The notes below the pieces were generated by a model, which ran no database searches, had not been told where the DNA came from, and was given only the letters and a program-made list of their open reading frames with translations. The translations under genes were made by a program, and so were the position numbers. A stretch of DNA of 27,929 nucleotides from a virus. Taxonomy: Duplodnaviria; Caudoviricetes. The stretch spans positions 1 through 27,929 of the IMG/VR virus record IMGVR_UViG_3300044267_000302; one strand, given 5' to 3'. This document shows, in pieces, positions 25,474 through 27,929 of the stretch; position 1 is the first letter of the stretch, and every line of letters starts with the position of its first letter.

Positions 25474-27043
25474 TTGGTTCCTCCGTTGGTAATTGTTGTG
25501 AAGCATCAGCTAATTTTTTAGGATCAACTAATGGTGAGCCTAAAGCAGCAGGTCCAAGACTTTGAATAAGCTGTTGCTGTTGTGCAGCTTCTTGTTCTGC
25601 TTGGATTTGATCTTGTGTTTTTACTAGGTTAGCAGTATCTATACCAATACTGGTAGCAAGACGTTTGACCGCTTCATCTACATTGACGTATTGTCTCATC
25701 ACATCTGGTCCTAATGCTTGAGCTACAGTTCCAATAAACTCAATTAATTTGTTTCTATCATTACCCCTACCAAGACCTTGAAGTCCTGTCACTATCTTGG
25801 GTTTGACCAGTTCATCAGGTAGCTTGGGAACTTTACCTTGTCTTACCAGTAGGTGCATACGTCTTCTGAGATATGGTAGTTGGAACTCTTGAGTCAAGAT
25901 ACTATAAATACCACCAAGACTATTCTCTAGCTCTTGTGCCATAAGATTTATTTCTGCTGCCGTTACTCTTTCTGCGTCACGTTGTACTGATCTTGCCATC
26001 AAGAAAGCAAACTCAAGTCTTGCTTCTATTCTTTGTATTGCACTAAAAGCAACAGAGAAGTCTGCACTTTTTCCAACTTGCATTACAGAAATATCTGCTG
26101 CTGTACCTTCTCTTACTGCTCCATTTGGGGCTTTACTTATAGTCGCTGCCCTTGTAACTCCATTAGGATTTACTAAAAACAAAGTCTTAGCACTAGCAGC
26201 AGCACCTTCTATGATTGCTTGCATCAAAGACTCAAGACTAATTAAGTCTCCTCTGTATTCTTCAACATAACCTCTACCATAATCTTCACCATCAACTCTA
26301 ATAAATCTAAGAGGTAGCCAAGGTGTTACATCTACTCTTGATCTACCATCTGTGTTTGGTATCTTTTCTCCCTTACATTCTTGAAACCAGAAAACATCAT
26401 CATTAATTCTTTTTATATGTGTATATATATCAAGGTCATCTGTTATTGTCTTAGCGTCATAGTTCTCTTTCTTCTTGATCTGTTCTAAGAAAGCAGCAGG
26501 TAAAGCTTGTGGGTGTATTGTTTCTTTAGTTAGAATTTCTAATACGTTACCTACTTCATCACGCTTACAAACAAACTTAGATAATGGAAATACTTTAAGA
26601 CCTGCATCTGTTAGATATAACAAGACATTACCTGATACGACTAGATGTTTGATAGCTTCAAACATAGCAACCCTATCGTTAGATATTTCTATCTGATTCA
26701 TCAAGGCATTTTCTATTGTGCGTAGTCCTTTATCTATCTCACTCTGCATTTGTTCTTGCCCTTGTTTTCTTATTTCAAGAGCATCTATTTCTAATTTAAA
26801 AAATGCTGTGCTTGGAGGAAGCAAAGTCATTAATAATTTATTGGACAAAGAATTTACACCACGACTACCAGTAGCTTGAAAAGGTGTTTTTATTCTTGCT
26901 CTTGTACCTGATGTTTGTTCTGGTATTAAGCTAGGTATCGTTAGCTTTGAAGATTCTTTTGCTTCTCTATCGTAGACAGACCTACTACTAACAAGTGCTT
27001 CATACCTACCTGCTGCGGTTGTGCCTTGTGCTGAGTATTCCAT
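25451..27043 (-). CDS. gp8: Portal (head-to-tail connector) protein
   Basis: 530 aa; GSRGVNSLSNKL, DGEDYGRGYVEEY and RDAERVTAAEI...ELENSLGGIYS. Confidence 0.97.
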   Translation of the reverse strand: MEYSAQGTTAAGRYEALVSSRSVYDREAKESSKLTIPSLIPEQTSGTRARIKTPFQATGSRGVNSLSNKLLMTLLPPSTAFFKLEIDALEIRKQGQEQMQSEIDKGLRTIENALMNQIEISNDRVAMFEAIKHLVVSGNVLLYLTDAGLKVFPLSKFVCKRDEVGNVLEILTKETIHPQALPAAFLEQIKKKENYDAKTITDDLDIYTHIKRINDDVFWFQECKGEKIPNTDGRSRVDVTPWLPLRFIRVDGEDYGRGYVEEYRGDLISLESLMQAIIEGAAASAKTLFLVNPNGVTRAATISKAPNGAVREGTAADISVMQVGKSADFSVAFSAIQRIEARLEFAFLMARSVQRDAERVTAAEINLMAQELENSLGGIYSILTQEFQLPYLRRRMHLLVRQGKVPKLPDELVKPKIVTGLQGLGRGNDRNKLIEFIGTVAQALGPDVMRQYVNVDEAVKRLATSIGIDTANLVKTQDQIQAEQEAAQQQQLIQSLGPAALGSPLVDPKKLADASQQLPTEEPNAQQEVQ

Positions 27044-27044
27044 A

Positions 27045-27260
27045 TTAAGTTGGGTAGTTCAAATCTCCACCTTTTTGGTTATCAAGCAATGGTATTTGTA
27101 ATGATTTAGTTCCCATTTTTTTACCCATAGCAATTTGTGTATCAGCTTGTTTCTTTTTCTTTTGCTTACCAACAACTACGGCATCAGCAGTATCTTCTAT
27201 AGGAGAGTCAACTGGTTCGGGTGCAGGTGCAGGTGGTGGCTTGGGTCTTCCGAAACACAT
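27045..27260 (-). CDS. Small virion protein, T7 gp7.3/gp6.7-like
   Basis: MCF start, Pro-rich then Lys-rich, ending GTKSLQIPL...GGDLN; immediately upstream of portal. Confidence 0.7.
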   Translation of the reverse strand: MCFGRPKPPPAPAPEPVDSPIEDTADAVVVGKQKKKKQADTQIAMGKKMGTKSLQIPLLDNQKGGDLNYPT

Positions 27261-27285
27261 AGGAGGTTTATATTATTTTTTCCTT

Positions 27286-27294
27286 ATACTAGCA
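27286..27294 (-). promoter_or_regulatory. Putative extended -10 promoter TG-C-TAGTAT
   Basis: In the 38-nt gap, 25 nt upstream of the ATG at 27260. Confidence 0.55.
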
Positions 27295-27298
27295 TGAA

Positions 27299-27529
27299 CT
27301 AAATTAAAGTCTTCTTTTTAGTTTTTGTTAACTTTTGTGCTGTAGCAATAGTTGGGTTAGAAAAGTTTTTAGTTTCTTTTTGTTTCTTAATCTTTAAAGC
27401 ATCTGCTGTCTCAGTTTTTTTCTTTGTATCTTCAAGACCTTCTTGTTCACCTGTAATGACAACAGGGTCATTCTTACTTTGATACTTTGCAACTCTAGGT
27501 TGATTGTTACCACCACCACCAAAACACAT
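27299..27529 (-). CDS. Small Lys-rich protein with MCFG start (gp6.7-like position)
   Basis: 76 aa; N-terminus MCFGGGG parallels the neighbouring gene. Confidence 0.7.
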   Translation of the reverse strand: MCFGGGGNNQPRVAKYQSKNDPVVITGEQEGLEDTKKKTETADALKIKKQKETKNFSNPTIATAQKLTKTKKKTLI

Positions 27530-27531
27530 AG

Positions 27532-27726
27532 CTAGTTCTCCAATACGCTGTTAGTTAACATAGTTTCTTTTTGTCTTAGTTGTTGTTCAATTAGATAGTC
27601 AACAACAGACCTCTGCCCTGCACGATACCACACTTCTCGATCTGATAAGGATAGGTCTGGGTGTCTGTTAGGAAACACAGCATCTAAAGCTTGTATAAGT
27701 TCGTCAGTAATTACTGGTAAAGACAC
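27532..27726 (-). CDS. Conserved-type phage hypothetical protein (gp6.5 position), 64 aa
   Basis: GTG start; LDAVFP...AGQRSVVDYL pattern; TATAAT box 23 nt upstream (27750-27755). Confidence 0.8.
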   Translation of the reverse strand: MSLPVITDELIQALDAVFPNRHPDLSLSDREVWYRAGQRSVVDYLIEQQLRQKETMLTNSVLEN

Positions 27727-27765
27727 AAAAATTGAAGAGCTATATCTATATTATATGTTAATGTG

Positions 27766-27843
27766 TAGATAACAAGGGAGTGGTTATCCTTGTTGCAACG
27801 CTAAGAAAACCTCAAGGGTGTGGTTCCTCTTGGGGTTTTCTTT
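27766..27843 (+). ncRNA. Candidate twin-hairpin small RNA; the second hairpin may also act as a bidirectional terminator or RNase III site
   Basis: Hairpin 1 AACAAGGG-AGTGGTTA-TCCTTGTT and hairpin 2 AAGAAAACCTCAAGGG-TGTGGTT-CCTCTTGGGGTTTTCTT; both loops carry GTGGTT; G-U pairs form only on the plus strand; TTGAAG-N16-TATGTT lies upstream. Confidence 0.45.
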
Positions 27844-27929
27844 ATGGGTTCCAAAGTTTTACTTCACCTGTATTGTAATCATAATCTCCTTCTCGCAGTA
27901 TTCTTGTAAGCCTTGCGTTCAAGATAGCA
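27842..27929 (-). CDS. gp6: 5'-3' exonuclease (T7 gp6-like), C-terminal fragment
   Basis: Manual translation ...AILNARLTRILREGDYDYNTGEVKLWNP*, matching the ARxxRILR...LWxP end of T7 gp6. Confidence 0.85.
   Translation of the reverse strand, partial: AILNARLTRILREGDYDYNTGEVKLWNP

Larger units (their letters stand above)
1..27929 (-). mobile_element. T7-like podovirus genome segment (late/morphogenesis region), probably a marine cyanopodovirus
   Basis: Colinear T7-type order on the minus strand: exonuclease, portal, scaffold, capsid, gp11, gp12, internal virion proteins, tail fibre, TerS, TerL. No host housekeeping genes, integrase or att site are visible. The cyanophage assignment is inferred from AT richness and recalled similarity of the small genes. 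Confidence 0.95.

Noticed and set aside
25474-25506. Longer start (MLHNNYQRRNQ) for the ORF between portal and scaffold
   Set aside because: The ATG at 25473 has a GGAGG SD at proper spacing; the extension lies deeper in the portal gene.
6354-26696. Remaining short plus-strand ORFs in the track within tail, internal virion, nozzle and portal genes
   Set aside because: All are antisense to long, well-supported structural genes and show typical reverse-frame composition.

Overview
The whole window is the late (morphogenesis) region of an AT-rich T7-like podovirus (Autographiviridae-type gene order), most plausibly a marine cyanopodovirus. Read on the minus strand from right to left it encodes: the end of the gp6-like exonuclease, three small gp6.5/6.7/7.3-position genes, portal, scaffold, major capsid, a T-phi-like terminator, three tiny basic ORFs, tail adaptor and nozzle, four internal virion proteins (the gp15-like one carries LysM + GH73 domains), a gp17 tail fibre followed by an array of extra fibre/chaperone genes, small membrane proteins, and small and large terminase. 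The most unusual part is 2161-5560, between the tail fibres and terminase, where T7 keeps its holin. It holds an inverted four-gene operon with its own sigma70-type promoter. That operon encodes a 2-TM membrane protein, two paralogous secreted Ser/Thr/Gly-rich beta proteins and a secreted Cys-containing protein resembling one TolC/OEP repeat, and it is flanked by further membrane-anchored genes. This is a candidate phage-encoded envelope or secretion system. Also notable are a plus-strand twin-hairpin candidate sRNA after the exonuclease whose loops are complementary to translation starts of late genes, a structured capsid leader, and host-type promoters throughout the late region. No database searches were run; all family assignments come from motifs, synteny and recalled knowledge.
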